DNA of 55,364 nt, filler included, from Trypethelium eluteriae (GCA_051942245.1; 2 parts of 2 records of this genome joined end to end with filler, not necessarily neighbours in it), one strand, 5' to 3'. Shown: positions 35,159 through 48,229, counted from the first letter of the whole stretch. The notes: a model not told the origin generated them from the letters alone. Program-made: numbers and translations.

Positions 35159-36897
35159 CTAGTTCTCGGCCTTCGGTGGAGGATGTGCTAGCCTCCAACG
35201 TTTTCCATTGAATTGAACGAGCACCACACCGGCGAGAAAGGCAACGCCTAGCGTCATCGCCTGGCACCCGAAAGTGACCGCAGCACCGCTAGTCGCTATC
35301 CACTTAATCTGGAAATAAACTACGCAGAATCCTCCAGTTGTGCGCCAGAAGTTGATTATGCAAGCCACTAGAGAAGCGTGGTTCGGAAAGCTGTCCAGAC
35401 AATATGCACTAACAGCCGTCATAGTGGCAACCATTGAGAATGCTATAAATGCCCAGGCTAATAGAAGGATCATCCAGTGTAAGGTATGTTGAATTGCTTC
35501 TCCATACAAAACCAAGCCGACAAAGCATATCAACGTGGGAGCATATGTGCCCCACAGCCGGTCCTCGATGCTGTATGATCCGTTGTGACGACGAATATAT
35601 CGACGGAAAAGCCATTCATTGAACCAGTCGCCCCACAATTCTCCGAGAACAGCACCGGTCATCGGCGCGACCCATGAGACAGCTTCAGCAGTGGTACTGA
35701 ATGAATAAGGGGGAGGCAACACGATTTGTGAGACTGTTGTATTCACACCTATGACCCACGCAATAAAGACCATGGTATAAATGACAGCTATGAAGAACTC
35801 ATTAGAAAGACCACATTGCCGAAAGCATTTCAGTAGGGAAATGCCTTACTAATGAAACAAATCTGTGGACGAAGTTGGATCGATACGATATCTTTGCAAA
35901 TAGTCCAGATGGTTGGTCTTCCGGTTGCCTTGAGGCCAGTAATTCCAAGGACCAACTTCATCCTGTCCAGCATCCCTGAACCCTTGATCTGGATTTGGTA
36001 AGCATCGTATAGTGTTTCCTTACCAAATAAAACAACTAGGAGCGTTGAAAATCCATGAAGGCCCGCAAGTACAGCTGTGGCTCATAGTCAGCATGCTCCC
36101 ATTACCATAAAGTGGAAATACAGAAACACGGAAATACCAAAATCTGCGCGCCAGTCTAGCTTCAGCAGTAGCCATGAGGAAACAAATGGACCCAGGAAGG
36201 GACCTCCCATCAAACAGAATACCCAAATGTTGACCATCCTGGCCCGCTGGTGGAAGAAAAACGTGTCATGAACGATGCTCAGACCAATAACTTGCGGCGC
36301 AGTGTTGACAAACCCCTGGATCGCGCGGAAGGCCGTAAATGAAGCATAGTTGGGAGCCAGCGCTGCTGCCATTACAGATAAAGCACAAAGAAATTGTGAC
36401 CAAAAAAGCACTGGCAAACGACCGATCCTCTGTATTACCGGAACTACAATCACCCCTCCTGCTCCTTGTAGGAAGAGAGAACCACTGATGGAGGCACTGG
36501 TGGCCTCAACGCTCATGTGGAAAGTCTTGGACTGCGGCGCAAACAGTGGAACGCCATAGTTCTCACCAAAATCCGTGAGCTAAGCCAGTTGTCAACAAAG
36601 GTTCGTGATGCCTGAACGTCACATCAAATCCAAACATACCAAGGACGCGAGAATCAATGGGGACAGAACGACGAGCTTCTTCGTCCAAGACCAGTTGAGT
36701 GGCTCGTCAGGATCATTTGATGGCTGCGGAACGAGCACCGTAATTCCATCTTTGGCCAGCTTAAGGCTCGCTCCATCATCTGACGATGCCTTCAAGATCT
36801 GGACATCGCCAATGCCTTCCTCATACCCTGCCTCATGGACAAATGTGGCTGCTGTGGTCTTCTCCGTATTGGATTCTGGACTCGTTTTAGAAGCCAT
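35159..36897 (-). CDS. MFS transporter (DHA1-like/Hol1-like), multi-exon
   Basis: LVPQPSNDPDEPLNWSWTKK N-terminal motif, RIGRLPV motif A, FRAIQG, DTFFFHQRAR, IEDRLW; multiple TM segments. Confidence 0.85.
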
Positions 36898-37869
36898 GGT
36901 ATCCCCATAAAGGAATTGCAACGATGCAGGTGCAGTCAAAGTCGGTAAATGAGAAAAGGAAAGTCAGGGTATAAGTGGAGAGGTATATACCATCCTCCAT
37001 GTCTAAATGTCTAACAGTCGCTAGCAGGCACTCAGCCATGTGCACTACCTGCGATCTGAGTTACTACTTGCCTGCTAAACTACCGATAAGCACGCGGTAA
37101 GGCGGGCTGCATGGTAATCTTTCTCATGCAGAGCCTTGCCATCTATGAAGTAGCGCATTAAGTCAGAAACTGTGCCGCATTGTTGCATGCTCTGGTACGT
37201 GCCATCCGGAACGCATCTCGGCGTTCATCTGATTCGGGCCAGGGTCCCTCGGGGCCGGCCAGCAATCCAGATGGTTTCTGGTATGATCACCACATCGCCA
37301 TCATGAGTGGAGTACTGATGACCGACGCAGCTCTTTTGCTCATCTTTCCAGATTGGGGTTGACAAAATCTGACCTGCATGGCAGCCAATTTCAAGTCGCC
37401 TTCAATTTAAAGGAGCTCCTCATTTGCTAGACCAGGGTGCATGGCCTGCAGCTTCAAGATTACTGGAGAGCCCCTCGGATTGCGTACGCCGTGCGGACGG
37501 AGATCTGGTAGACAGCAGCGATGTAATCTCGATCACGGTGTGGAATCTTCCATATCAATAGCGGGACATCACTGACACCCCTGAGGTGCTAGTTGAGTCT
37601 TTGTCTGGCTCGTCGTCTTAAGTCTACCTGTCAAGCTGACTGTCCAAACAAGCAATGACCCCTTGACCTTCAGAGCACCGGCCTTGACGCGCTGTTGAAT
37701 CATTTTTGGGCGGTTGACTTGGCCTAAACCTCCCCGGGATTCTAGTAAAGACTCTCCTCACCTCCCCCGCCCCACTCTCAGCTATATGATCATTTCAAGA
37801 TTCGCCAACTAAAGTACGAATTGTGAGAAATACAGATCATTTGTGGGATAGACTTTGATGCTTTTTAGA

Positions 37870-39281
37870 ATGGCACACTCCACCACTGACTCGGAAAATG
37901 TTGCTCAACTGCTCAGTAGAATACAATCCATCTCAGCATCTTCTTCAAATATCCTTCAAGACCAAGTCACACGTGCCTCGCTTCTGCAGCTTTCGAGAGA
38001 GTTGACCGCGAATTTGGAGCGACCCGATGAACTTATATCGAACATTGCCTTTTCTGTATGCTTGCGGATCCCCTACCTTCGTCCTGTCCTAATTCAACGC
38101 TTTAGCAAGGACGATATATGGCCGTTCGTGTAGCAGATGATCTGAAGCTGTACGATCTCCTGGTGGAACATGGTTCTCTCACCGCGCAGGAAATGGTAGA
38201 GATTACCGGCGCGGAGCTCCTGCTAATTGTCAGAATTATGAGAGCGCTGGTGAGCATGGGACTTGCCGGTCAATCTGACAAAACGACATACTTCCCAATT
38301 CCAGGCACCAAGCAAATGACTCTGCCTTCGGTGCGTGCTGGCGTCAAGTTCAAGTGCGATTACGAATCACGCTCCCAAGGAATATAACGCAAAGCTGAAG
38401 ATTGCCCAGTTTCGAACAAGGCTTCCCTATTTGCGCCGCAGCGCCAGCCTACTTCAAAGCGAATGGTTATCAACTACCGAAGACAATGACTGATGGCCCT
38501 TTCCAATTTGCCTTCAATACTAAGGACGAGTGCTTCCCGTATTGGTCAAAGCAGCCTGGCGTCATGGAGGGGTTCAACACGTTTATGCAAGGGCTTTTCG
38601 GTACACCATTACGTCTCAGATGGATCGACTGGTTCCCTGTGGACAGAATTGCACTCGAAGGCTATCACGAGGATATTTCGGACTTTGTGTTCGTGGATGT
38701 TGGAGGCGGCAAAGGCCATGAAGGAGAAGCTGTAGTGAGAAAATTTCCCGATGCTAAAGGGCGGTTCGCTGTTGAGGATCTGCCTTTTGTCATCGACAAC
38801 ATCACCAATCTTGATTCAAGGATCGAGAGGTTGCCGTACGACTTTAGGGAAGAACAGCCAATCAAAGGTATGTTCCTTCCCCGGTTGCCAGTTGACTGTT
38901 CCCAGCGGGCATTTCCCTTATCTTCTATTTTGATCGACGTCTCTTGACCACAGACACTGAGCAGGGGCACGAACATACTTTCTTCAAAACATTCTCCATA
39001 ATTGGGCAGACTCAGTCTGTCAATCGATCCTGGCTCGAATCCGAGAGGCTATGAGACCGAACTACTCCAAGCTGCTGATTGCAAACATCATCTTGCCGGA
39101 AATGCATGCCCCATTGCGTCAGGTTGGTCTTGATATGGCCATGCTGTTTCTCCATAGTGGTTCGCAACGCAGTGAACCTGAATGGAGTTCCTTGCTTGAC
39201 CAGGCAGGCTTCAGGGTCGTCAAATTCTGGCATCCTCCAGGAGATGGTGATGGGATTGTTGAGGCTGAGCTGAAGTCATGA
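37870..39281 (+). CDS. SAM-dependent O-methyltransferase (family 2, OmtA/COMT-like); 3 introns (38056-38105, 38354-38409, 38868-38964)
   Basis: FVDVGGGKGH SAM motif, EDLPFV, YDFREEQPIKGARTYFLQNILHNW, AMRPNYSKLLI, SQRSEPEW; introns splice in frame. Confidence 0.9.
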
Positions 39282-40108
39282 GCCTACTAGTCTTAGCAGC
39301 ATCTTTGTGCGCCCGTATGGCAGTAAGGACTGCACATCACCATGAGCAGGGCAGTCCTCGGAGATAGCATGCAATGGAAAAAGGGAGAATTTCTAGTCTT
39401 TAACTAAACAATGGGCTATCCTATAGCTGAGGCGTGATTGAGATAGAGGTGCGGCTTAAACATGTATCAATTTGTGGACGCTGTTAACGAGTGGAGCCGA
39501 GATCTCGTTCTTTTCTCTGCTAAATTTGGAGTACTCCCATCACGCCAGCTTACCCATCGACCATTTCGAAGAGTGTAGAGTACCTGTCAATCCATACGCC
39601 TGAATTGGATTTGTTACTTAATCGTTGACGCCAGCTTGGGCGACTCCCAGAGAAATTCCAGGTTAGCGGCACCATACCAGAGCCTACCGTCGCTCATACA
39701 CACGAGTCACCCTTTCCGATCCTCCACCCCTGTAGCAGTTAGCTGACCAGATGACTTGGGTACTACTCCTAATGAGCTCTTTACCTACTGGATTATGGAC
39801 GCACACATGAACGTCTGATCTATCAAAAGGCTCGCAACCTCAGATTTCAAGCAGGAGTGCTGCAGCAGTCTCTTTCTGCGGCGACGATGTTGATTAGTCC
39901 TTGATCAGAGCCTGAATTGGAGCCACTGAGGTATGCCTTGGGTGTGAGAGAGGGGAGGTTTGCGTCGATGAAGGAGTCGGCCCAGTCGCGGAGGAAACCG
40001 CGAACGTGCGAGCTGGCAGGCAGGGGTCATGCAGTCCGGGCCGGTTTTCTACGGGGATCCGAGCCACCGCGTCTCTACTTGCATAAGGTGATAGAAGTCC
40101 GCACCACT

Positions 40109-40168
40109 CCGTGCACGATCCACCTCCGTGCACGATCCACCTCCGTGCACGATCCACCTCCGTGCACG
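40109..40168 (+). repeat. 3.5 tandem copies of the 17-bp unit CCGTGCACGATCCACCT in the left transposon end
   Basis: Units at 40109-40125, 40126-40142, 40143-40159 and a partial copy at 40160-40168; only 1.5 copies at the right end. Confidence 0.9.
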
Positions 40169-40218
40169 CCTCAATTCGTCCGGCGCACACATGTTCAAAA
40201 TTGATTATCCCCACCAAC

Positions 40219-42105
40219 ATGGGGTTAATTGCTTCAGCTCTTGCTTTTTTAGAAACTGCGGAGGTTGTAAATTACGCTGAAGCTGCTTGAATTTTTAATG
40301 TTGACTGTATAACGTTGTCGCGTCGCCATAGGGGCGCGACACGGGGTAAGGAGCAGTTCATCTAGGAGAGCAAACTCCTTATGTCAAAACAACAAGAATT
40401 AGCTCTTATGGACTATATTAATAAGCTTTCAGACCGCGGCATCCCTCTTACAGTGTGAATGGTTAGGAATTTTGCTTTAAAAATCCTCAAAAAGCTACCA
40501 GGAAAGAACTAGACGCATTGTTTTGTTAAACATTACCACAAAAATCTTAAATCTGCCTACTTAATGGGGCTAAATTTAGAGCGTAAAAAGGCTGACAGCA
40601 TTCCTAGGATTCAAAAGTTCTTTAACCTTATAAGTCTTCTTAATTGCTTTATTTATTCTTTTATAATTTAGTAGATTAGGGAGAAAATTGAGAAATATAA
40701 AATCCAGCCCCAAAATATTTATAATATGGATAAAAAAGGCTTCTTTTTAGGTATTATTAAGAAGTCTTAACATGTCTTTAACATCCAAGCCTGGGAGAAC
40801 GGCAAACTACTTGGCGCAGGCCAACATGGCTCAAAAGAATAGATTACAGTAATTGCTTTAATTTATATGAATGGGACGGCTTTATTACCACATATTATTT
40901 ACACCTTAAAGATAAATAATATTAAATATAGCTGGATTAATAATTTTAAGCCTAAAGAGCATATAAGCTACTTTAGTAGCTTATTAAACAGCTGGACAAA
41001 CAATAAAATAGGCCTTTTTTGGCTCCAGGAGCTATTCCACTAACGCACGCGAGAGAAGGCTAGAAATAGACAAGATTTATGTCTACTTATTATTAATAGC
41101 TATAGCAGCCATTATAATATGCAGTTTATTAACCTAAGCGATAAATACGGCATTATATTAGCTATATTCCCGTCCCATTTAACTCATAGGCTTTAGCTAT
41201 TGGATGTTAAACTCTTCCATCTATTTGCGCATTACTACTTAGAAGAATTGGACAAATTTCTTAATAACTTACAGCATATTGGTAATTTAAGCAAACACAA
41301 CTTTTTTAACCTCTTTTGGCCTGCATTTAAGCATGTAATAATACTAAAGAATATACTTAGTGGATGGGAGGCTGTAGGGCTTTAACTGTTTGATCCTAAG
41401 CGCGTGTTAGGCGTACTGCGGCAATTACTATTTTTAGAACCAGAGGATAATTTAATAAAGCCAATACCTCAAATTCCCCTTAATCCGTTTAAGCTATGAC
41501 AAGCTATTATCTAAACCAAGGATTTGGTGATAAAAAAGCTCCTCCAATCTTTTAACGCCACCCAAGCAGAGAACAGCCTTCTCCGCGCTAAAAATAAGGG
41601 TCTCTAGCGAGCTCTGATTAAGAAGAATACCAAATGGTTAAATAAAAAGGTGTTTATTAATAGTGAGCTTGGTGAGGCTCAAATTTTAACCCCCATAAAG
41701 GTTCAGTTATTTCGCGACAAACAAAAGCGTTTAGAGGAGGAAAAAGCACAGCAAAAACAGCAGAAAGCAGCTCAAAAGGAGCAGCTATAATTAAATAGGC
41801 AGATCAAAGAGCAGGAGAAGCAGCAGCGAAAGCAACAGCGCGAAGAAGCTTGAATTCGGCGACAGCAGGCTCAAACTGAAAAAGCTTAGATTTGGCAGGA
41901 CTTTCTTGAAGCAAAACAAGCGGCTTGACAGCTTCGAAATGAGTCAAAACACCATAAATAGAAGCAGACAAAAACACAGAAGGCTTCAAAACAGCCTAAC
42001 TCGGAAGTCGCACCTGCAGAGGTAGAATCTCTGGTGGTTGAGGTAGTTTCTCGTGTTTCGCGCTCTCAGCGCGAAATTCGCCTACCACAACGGTTTATGG
42101 AGTAA
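40219..42105 (+). pseudogene. RIP-mutated pogo/Fot1-type DDE transposase
   Basis: IYNMDKKGF (canonical IYNMDEKGF, ~40716), LLIINSYSSH (canonical LLILDGHGSH, ~41083), HLTHRL*LLDV (canonical HSTHRLQPLDV, ~41176). Many TAA/TAG stops. Probable intron donor mutated from GTAAGT to ATAAGT at 40630. Confidence 0.88.
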
Positions 42106-43082
42106 ATTAAATAGCGCATTCGATTTGTCTAGTTCTCTACTATCTATTTATCTAATTATCTAGTTTATTGAGCAGTTCGTTGTTGAATTATAGCCTTATG
42201 AAGCTGTGGAGATGAAACGCGTCCCACCGTGCACGGAGGTGGATCGTGCACGGAGTGGTGCGGACTTCTAAGGCATTCACTGTAGCTCCCTCTGCGAAGT
42301 ACAGCAAGTACGACGTATTTCAGGGCACTATTAGTAACGAACACAATGGTGAAAGACGACTTGAGGTGCATCGTATATCTCCACAGAATCCAGTCTGCGC
42401 AGACTCATCTGCTATCTCAGCGTCGGGCAACCCATCTTCAGGCGATACACTGAACAGGGCAGAACACACAACCATTCAGAGATGCGGCAGGCTTCAGACA
42501 GCCAATCAAGACGCGATAGCCAAAATCTGACCAAAATCCGCCCGAAATGCGTCGAAAATATGCCCGAAATCTGCGCAGATCCTCGAGTGCCCCCCTATGC
42601 AGCATCATCGCATGAACGCAATTATCGGCGGCATCCAATGAAATGCCCTCAGACCACGGGTCTGGCGTACGCCCAAGCCTCGCCGCCCGTTCGTAAGAAG
42701 GCTGTATGATTGAAAGGACAGATTTTGACCTGTCAAAGGTCTAGGTCTTCCTGCATAGTCTTTTCCGATGCCAACATATTTTTACCTCCTTGCTCCCTGG
42801 TCTGCCAAATCCATCTTATGAACTATAGATATATTTTCTGATAGTCAGCATCCATCCCCTCACGACGGAAGCCCTCTCCCCCCAAGTGGGCTGAATCCTC
42901 ACCAGTCAGCAAGGCTGGCGTCTTTAAAGCTGACCTGCTTGAATATCGCCTGGTGAAGGCATTTAATCATTCCTCAACAGACGCATGCTTCGGGTAATTC
43001 CAGCAAGCCAGCTACTGCCTGAGGCATCGTTACTATCCTTCCATTAAGAAATTGATGCCAGCTCCCGACTGATCAGTCAAAA

Positions 43083-46000
43083 ATGCCATCCCAGACCAAA
43101 CCTATTGCAACGGCTGATTGGGAGCGTCGTAAGAGCGCAATTCTTGATTTGCGGCGAAGAGGAGTTGGTGTGAAGGGTGAAGATGGAATCGCGGAGAGGA
43201 TGAAAAGGGACCACGGATTTGCAGCTACGTAAGCCGAGATTTGCAACTATCTCTCCCGTTCCTTCCAAAGCGACATGTAACTAACATGGGGCGTATTTAG
43301 ATATCCTCAGTATGAACATCAGCTCGAAAAATGGGGAGAACGCAAGAATCTGAAAGCAGACGAATGGCGTCTCATTCTTCAGATCATTGATCGACTCGAG
43401 AGTGAAGGCAAGAAATGCTTTGTTTACTTGAACAAGCAATGTGTTGCTCCACCCATTTTGAAAAGGAAACGAAGGCAGTATTATAACAAACCGGAATCTA
43501 CTATGCATCGCCAGAATAGAGGTAAGCCTGCTCACTGACCCATTCGAGTCTTCGTCATGCTAAGGACGGAAGTCTCGACGTCTCTTCTCCCTGGCTGTGT
43601 GCAAATCAGAACGTCTGGGGCAGATGACGACGCTCCAGACGCCATGGACATTGATAATCCTGGTAATATGCTGCCATCCGGGACGCATGATCGGTCCGTA
43701 TCCATCAATGAGCCAGGACTGGTCACTACAAGCTCCTCTGTTGGTGGAGATAGTTTACTCGAAAGGAACGATCCGCGTCTCGAAGACCAGAACCAAGGAG
43801 GTATGCAACAGTTCCAAGCACAGAGCCTCGCTGCACCGGATTTTACGACCCCGCCTCTTCAAATTCAGAGTTCCGAATCTTTTTGGCGTCCAAACTCCAG
43901 CTCTAAACTACCCTCTGTCTCCTTGCATAGAGCTCAGCTCAATACTATGGATGAGCAAGCATTGTTCTCCAATGACACTTTCTATGCACCATCAGTGGTC
44001 ATGCCACTAAACACTCAGTTGCGCTGTGGAGCCCATACTGAAAAAGTTGTTGGATTCGGGAACATGTCCCTTGTGAGACCGGACACTCCACAGACAGTGC
44101 CATTCGACATGGAGTTAATCGACGGTTGGACGGGAGATCTATCCATTTCAAGCTTCGTAGAAGGCCTGTGGTCCCCAGGTAAGGCAAAACTTCTTTAGCT
44201 CTGTACTTCGGCTGGCATAGCCTCTGAGTGGCCAGTTATACATACAAGTCATGATCTAACGCACGTTGATTCCCCCCTTTTTTTCAATCCATATCTTTTG
44301 GGTTGGCGCAATGATGTCTGCTAACAATTTTCAACAGGTAGTCTGAGCCAGTATCCTTTCCCTGGTATACCACCTCAACAGTCCGCCGAAGATGACCAGC
44401 TCCATGCCGCCAACCTTGACTTTTCTTCATCCTGGAAGAGCAACTCCGACAGACAATTCTCACCACAATCACGATCGCTCGTTTTTCAAAGCAACCCGTC
44501 CACTTCAAGCAACGTGCTGTCTCATAGGGAAACGATAAAATCTGACCTCGAATCTTTGCTCCCTCCAGATCACGCCTCGCACACCTTTTTGTTGAATGCC
44601 AGAGCCGCTCTACAGCATCAGATCTTCGGGTCTTCCTTCTACAGGCTACTGATTTTCTCCATCGAGAATAACTTCGCCGGACTCGAAGATGTACCAATCG
44701 CAGACGTTTTAGAATTCCTGAAGCAAGATTCACAGATGCAGTCTCGCTTATTAGTGTATCTTCGAGCCGCTCCGGGGAACGTCTCGCGAGCGATTGCTGA
44801 AAAACTTGTCCGTGCTGCCATTGAAAGCGGTGATGGTCCTCTGGTCAGAGCTCTTATCAGCACATGTCAATTATCTCCAAACGATATTGTTTTTTATATA
44901 GAGGAACGGTACACTGCTGTAGAGCGCGCAGCCATGCTGTGTAGCTTTGAAGTCCTGGAAGCACTTCTCGAGAGCGGCGCTGACGTCAATAAAACACACA
45001 AAGCAGCTAGAATGTATCCCTCTAAGCGAAGGGTCCTCGATCTGGCTATTGAAAACATGAGGAAAAATAAGTTCATTAACATGCCGCTGATCAACATGCT
45101 ACTCCACTACGATGCCGAGGTTGACCCAGGATCCCTACAGAGTGCCATAGGTTTGCAAGATACAGATCTGATTAGCGCACTTCTGTCGAAGTTTTCTACT
45201 TCCAAATACTCCCAGGCAATCCTTCAAGGAGGATATGGAGGCAGAATTCTGGTCGATGCAGTTACCAAACTGGATACCACACTGGCTCTGAAATTTATTC
45301 AGCTACTACTCCGGGAATACTCTTTGGAGGGTTGCACTCATTGCCGAAATCCCATACCTCATGGCCTTGAAGCGTTCGCTATCGTTGCTGCGATCAAAGG
45401 ATATTTCCAGATTGTTCAGTTCGTCCTCAAGTACTTTGCCGATCCAGGCCCCTTATTAGTAGGTGCTGTATTCGGCGGACAAAGAGATATCATTTGGCAT
45501 CTCTTAGAGAGCGGAACTCATGTCGATGCGACAGTACATAATCCAGGCGTCGAAACATTTAACCTTGAACCCAAGTTGAACTACGTTCGGACACCTTTAG
45601 GGGAAGCAATTCGAGCAAGAAACAGTGAGCTCATATCTGAGTTTGAGAATCGAGGAGCGCTATCTCAAATTCATGAGCCAAGCCGCTTTCGTGCAGCAAT
45701 GAATGCAGCGTCAGAAGTCGGAAATTTAAGTTATGTCCAGAAACTTTTGAGGATTTGCCCTAACTCGACCGGAGGAGCTTTAAATTTCCCTCTGAGAGTA
45801 TCGATACTGCATGGTCATGAAGATATTGCTCTGACGTTGCTCAAAGCTGGAGCTAGTGTTAATGGTGATTATGCTGCACTTTCCCAGCCGCCCGAGTGTT
45901 GTAAAATGTGTGTACCGGTCTTCGAACTAAAGTCTGAACCTGATCATGCTTTGCTTGAGGCGGTACGCCAGAGGAATGAAACTCTGATTGAAAAGATCCT

Positions 46001-47261
46001 GGAGCGCGACCTCTTTTTAGTACGGGACCTAGAGAATAGTCCCCCTGCTAACCTCAATCCTGTTGCTGTCCTTGAAGAAGCTGCCAACTGGGGAAATGTT
46101 TCTGTTTTTCAAGTTTTGGTATCGATGATACCGAACCCTAACCATCTTTCTGGCTGGTCACCGTTTTCTCAGGCAGTAGCGACAAGAAACAAGCCTTTAC
46201 TTGATCTTCTCGTCAAGGACCATATGGTAACCTTGAACAGAGGTGCCCGGTTTGAAATATCGCCGTACTACTGGGAAGATAAAACTGCACTAGAAGTCGC
46301 AGTGGCCGTCAAGGACACTGACATGATTCAATATTTGTTGGAGTTGGGTGCAGATCCATCGTATTCGAGGACCATTTGCAATGCAGTCCGGGACGATAGG
46401 GAAGTTCTTCCTCTCCTACTAAATACATTCAGCGCCAAATACCCCTTGGGTAAAAAGGGATTTGGCGTTGAGGCGCTACGAATCGCCTTGGAAGAGGGTC
46501 GCGCCGATGTCCTAGATATGCTTCTTGAAGCTAAACTCGATGTAAATGCATTCACCCCCGGAATCGAGTATTCAAACGAAAATTCTCTTAGTATCGCCAT
46601 AAAGAATTGTTATAGGCACGGTTTGGATCCCGTCAAAAAGCTCATAGCTCTGGGTGGCGACCCTGATCGTTTTGTATCAGTAGTCTACACGAAAAAGGAT
46701 CATGAGGTTACATTGCAGCGCCGCACGGCTCTTCTCGAAGCTATATATACTCGCAACAAGGCGTTAGTGGCGATTCTCATTGCTTCAGGATCTGAAATCC
46801 ATCGATCTGCACGACTAGGCATCAAGCGAACACCACTGCAAGCGGCTTGCGAGGTCGGCAGCATGGAGATTATCGACTTTCTCCTTGAAAAAGGGGTGGA
46901 TGTGAACGAGCCGCCGGCCGTTAGAGGAGGTGGCACGTCGCTGCAGCTCTGTGCAATCAAGGGCTGGGCTGGAATCGCTGGTAAGTTGTTGAAGCTCGGT
47001 GCCGATGTACACGCAGCACCATCGGAAACGAATGGCCGTACTGCCCTTGAGGGCGCTGCGGAGAATGGCCGCCTGGATATGATAAAGGTCCTCTGGGATG
47101 CAGTAGGTAACAATAGGTTCACTGTTGAGCAATGTGACCGCGCCAGGAAGCTGGCTACGGAGAACGGACATCTTGTGTGTCATGATCTTCTTGATGAATT
47201 GCGTTCTACTTGTCGAGGATCCATGGTGGCGGACCTCCCTACTACCATGGGGTTTCCTTAG
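43083..47261 (+). CDS. Clr5-domain + ankyrin-repeat protein; probable introns 43229-43300, ~43522-43572, 44179-44337
   Basis: N-terminus MPSQTKPIATADWERRKSAILDL...MKRDHGFAATYPQYEHQLEKWGERKN fits the Clr5 pattern. C-terminal ankyrin repeats RTPLQAACEVG, GGTSLQLCAIKG, GRTALEGAAENGRLD. Confidence 0.85.
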
Positions 47262-48229
47262 AGGATCGCTCAAGCGAAAGGTCCAAGCTGTACTTGGTAT
47301 GTCATGTACGTGTTTCACTCAATACTGGGTGAGAAGAGCGGGCAATGTGGGATCCAGGTTGGGGCGTTTGGGGAATTGGCGGTGTTGGCGTCCTTTTCAA
47401 GTACACATGATCTCTAATCCTTGAATACAACCCAGCTTATGACGTTCATGAAGTTCATAAGCGAGGTGATCCCCAGTTGAGTAGAAGTTTCATTTGAATT
47501 AGAACCACTAACTTTGGAGCTTGTGGCAGTAGTCATAGGTTGCGGCATAGGCAGTCCGTACCTGGAACCACTATACCAGGCAATTGGTATAAAGGACTGA
47601 GGCTCGGATTGGACTGTGCACAGATCGAAATCCATTTACTTGTACAACCCTGAAAAAGTGAAAAGGTAACCAGACACAGCCGCACAAACGCTAATAAGTG
47701 TTTAAGAAAGACTAGCTCAGTAAGATAGTGGACAACAAATAAAGGTTGAGGCATGGACACACTAAAAGGTAGGGAACATCGCTTCAACAGAGGATTGTCC
47801 TTCTGCTATTTTGTCCAGGTCTCAGATCATCGAACATGGACACCACATTCCCTGATATCTGACGTAACAAATTTGAATAGTCACCGGCACGGGTTGAGCG
47901 CGCACCATTTAGTCCTCTGCTGCGACGGAGCTCAGAAGCACGTTTGGCTGTAAGTGGAGGGTCTGTGGCTGGGAGAATGAGACGCGTGAAGGCGCTAGAG
48001 CTAGAGTGAGAACAGGAGAAAGGAAGAATAACGCCAGTGTCAAGTAAACTGTCAGAAGTCCTCCTAGAACGTTTGTGGCTGACTCTCTTCGGTCACGTAA
48101 TAGTTCGCGGCGGGATGGGTCCTCGCACAAGGCTGAGGTAGCTTTCGAGGTCCTTCGCCCGCTCTGGCTTGTTTGCGTGCGCCTAGAATTGAAACGGCGT
48201 ATGCAAGGAAACTACTCTCTGCTCTGAAG

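Larger units (their letters stand above)
40094..42268 (+). mobile_element. Complete 2175-bp Tc1/mariner-superfamily (pogo/Fot1-like) DNA transposon, RIP-inactivated
   Basis: Perfect 41-bp TIRs (40094-40134 and 42228-42268, GAAGTCCGCACCACTCCGTGCACGATCCACCTCCGTGCACG), TA target duplication (40092-40093 and 42269-42270), AT-rich interior with degenerate DDE motifs. Confidence 0.93.

Noticed and set aside
40064..40093. Weak similarity between the left flank (CGCGT...CATAAGG) and the reverse complement of the transposon's inner right end (~42190-42225)
   Set aside because: Only short gapped matches; compatible with chance.
40109..40168. Direct repeats as a possible CRISPR-like array
   Set aside because: Units are contiguous with no spacers, lie within a transposon end, and the genome is eukaryotic.
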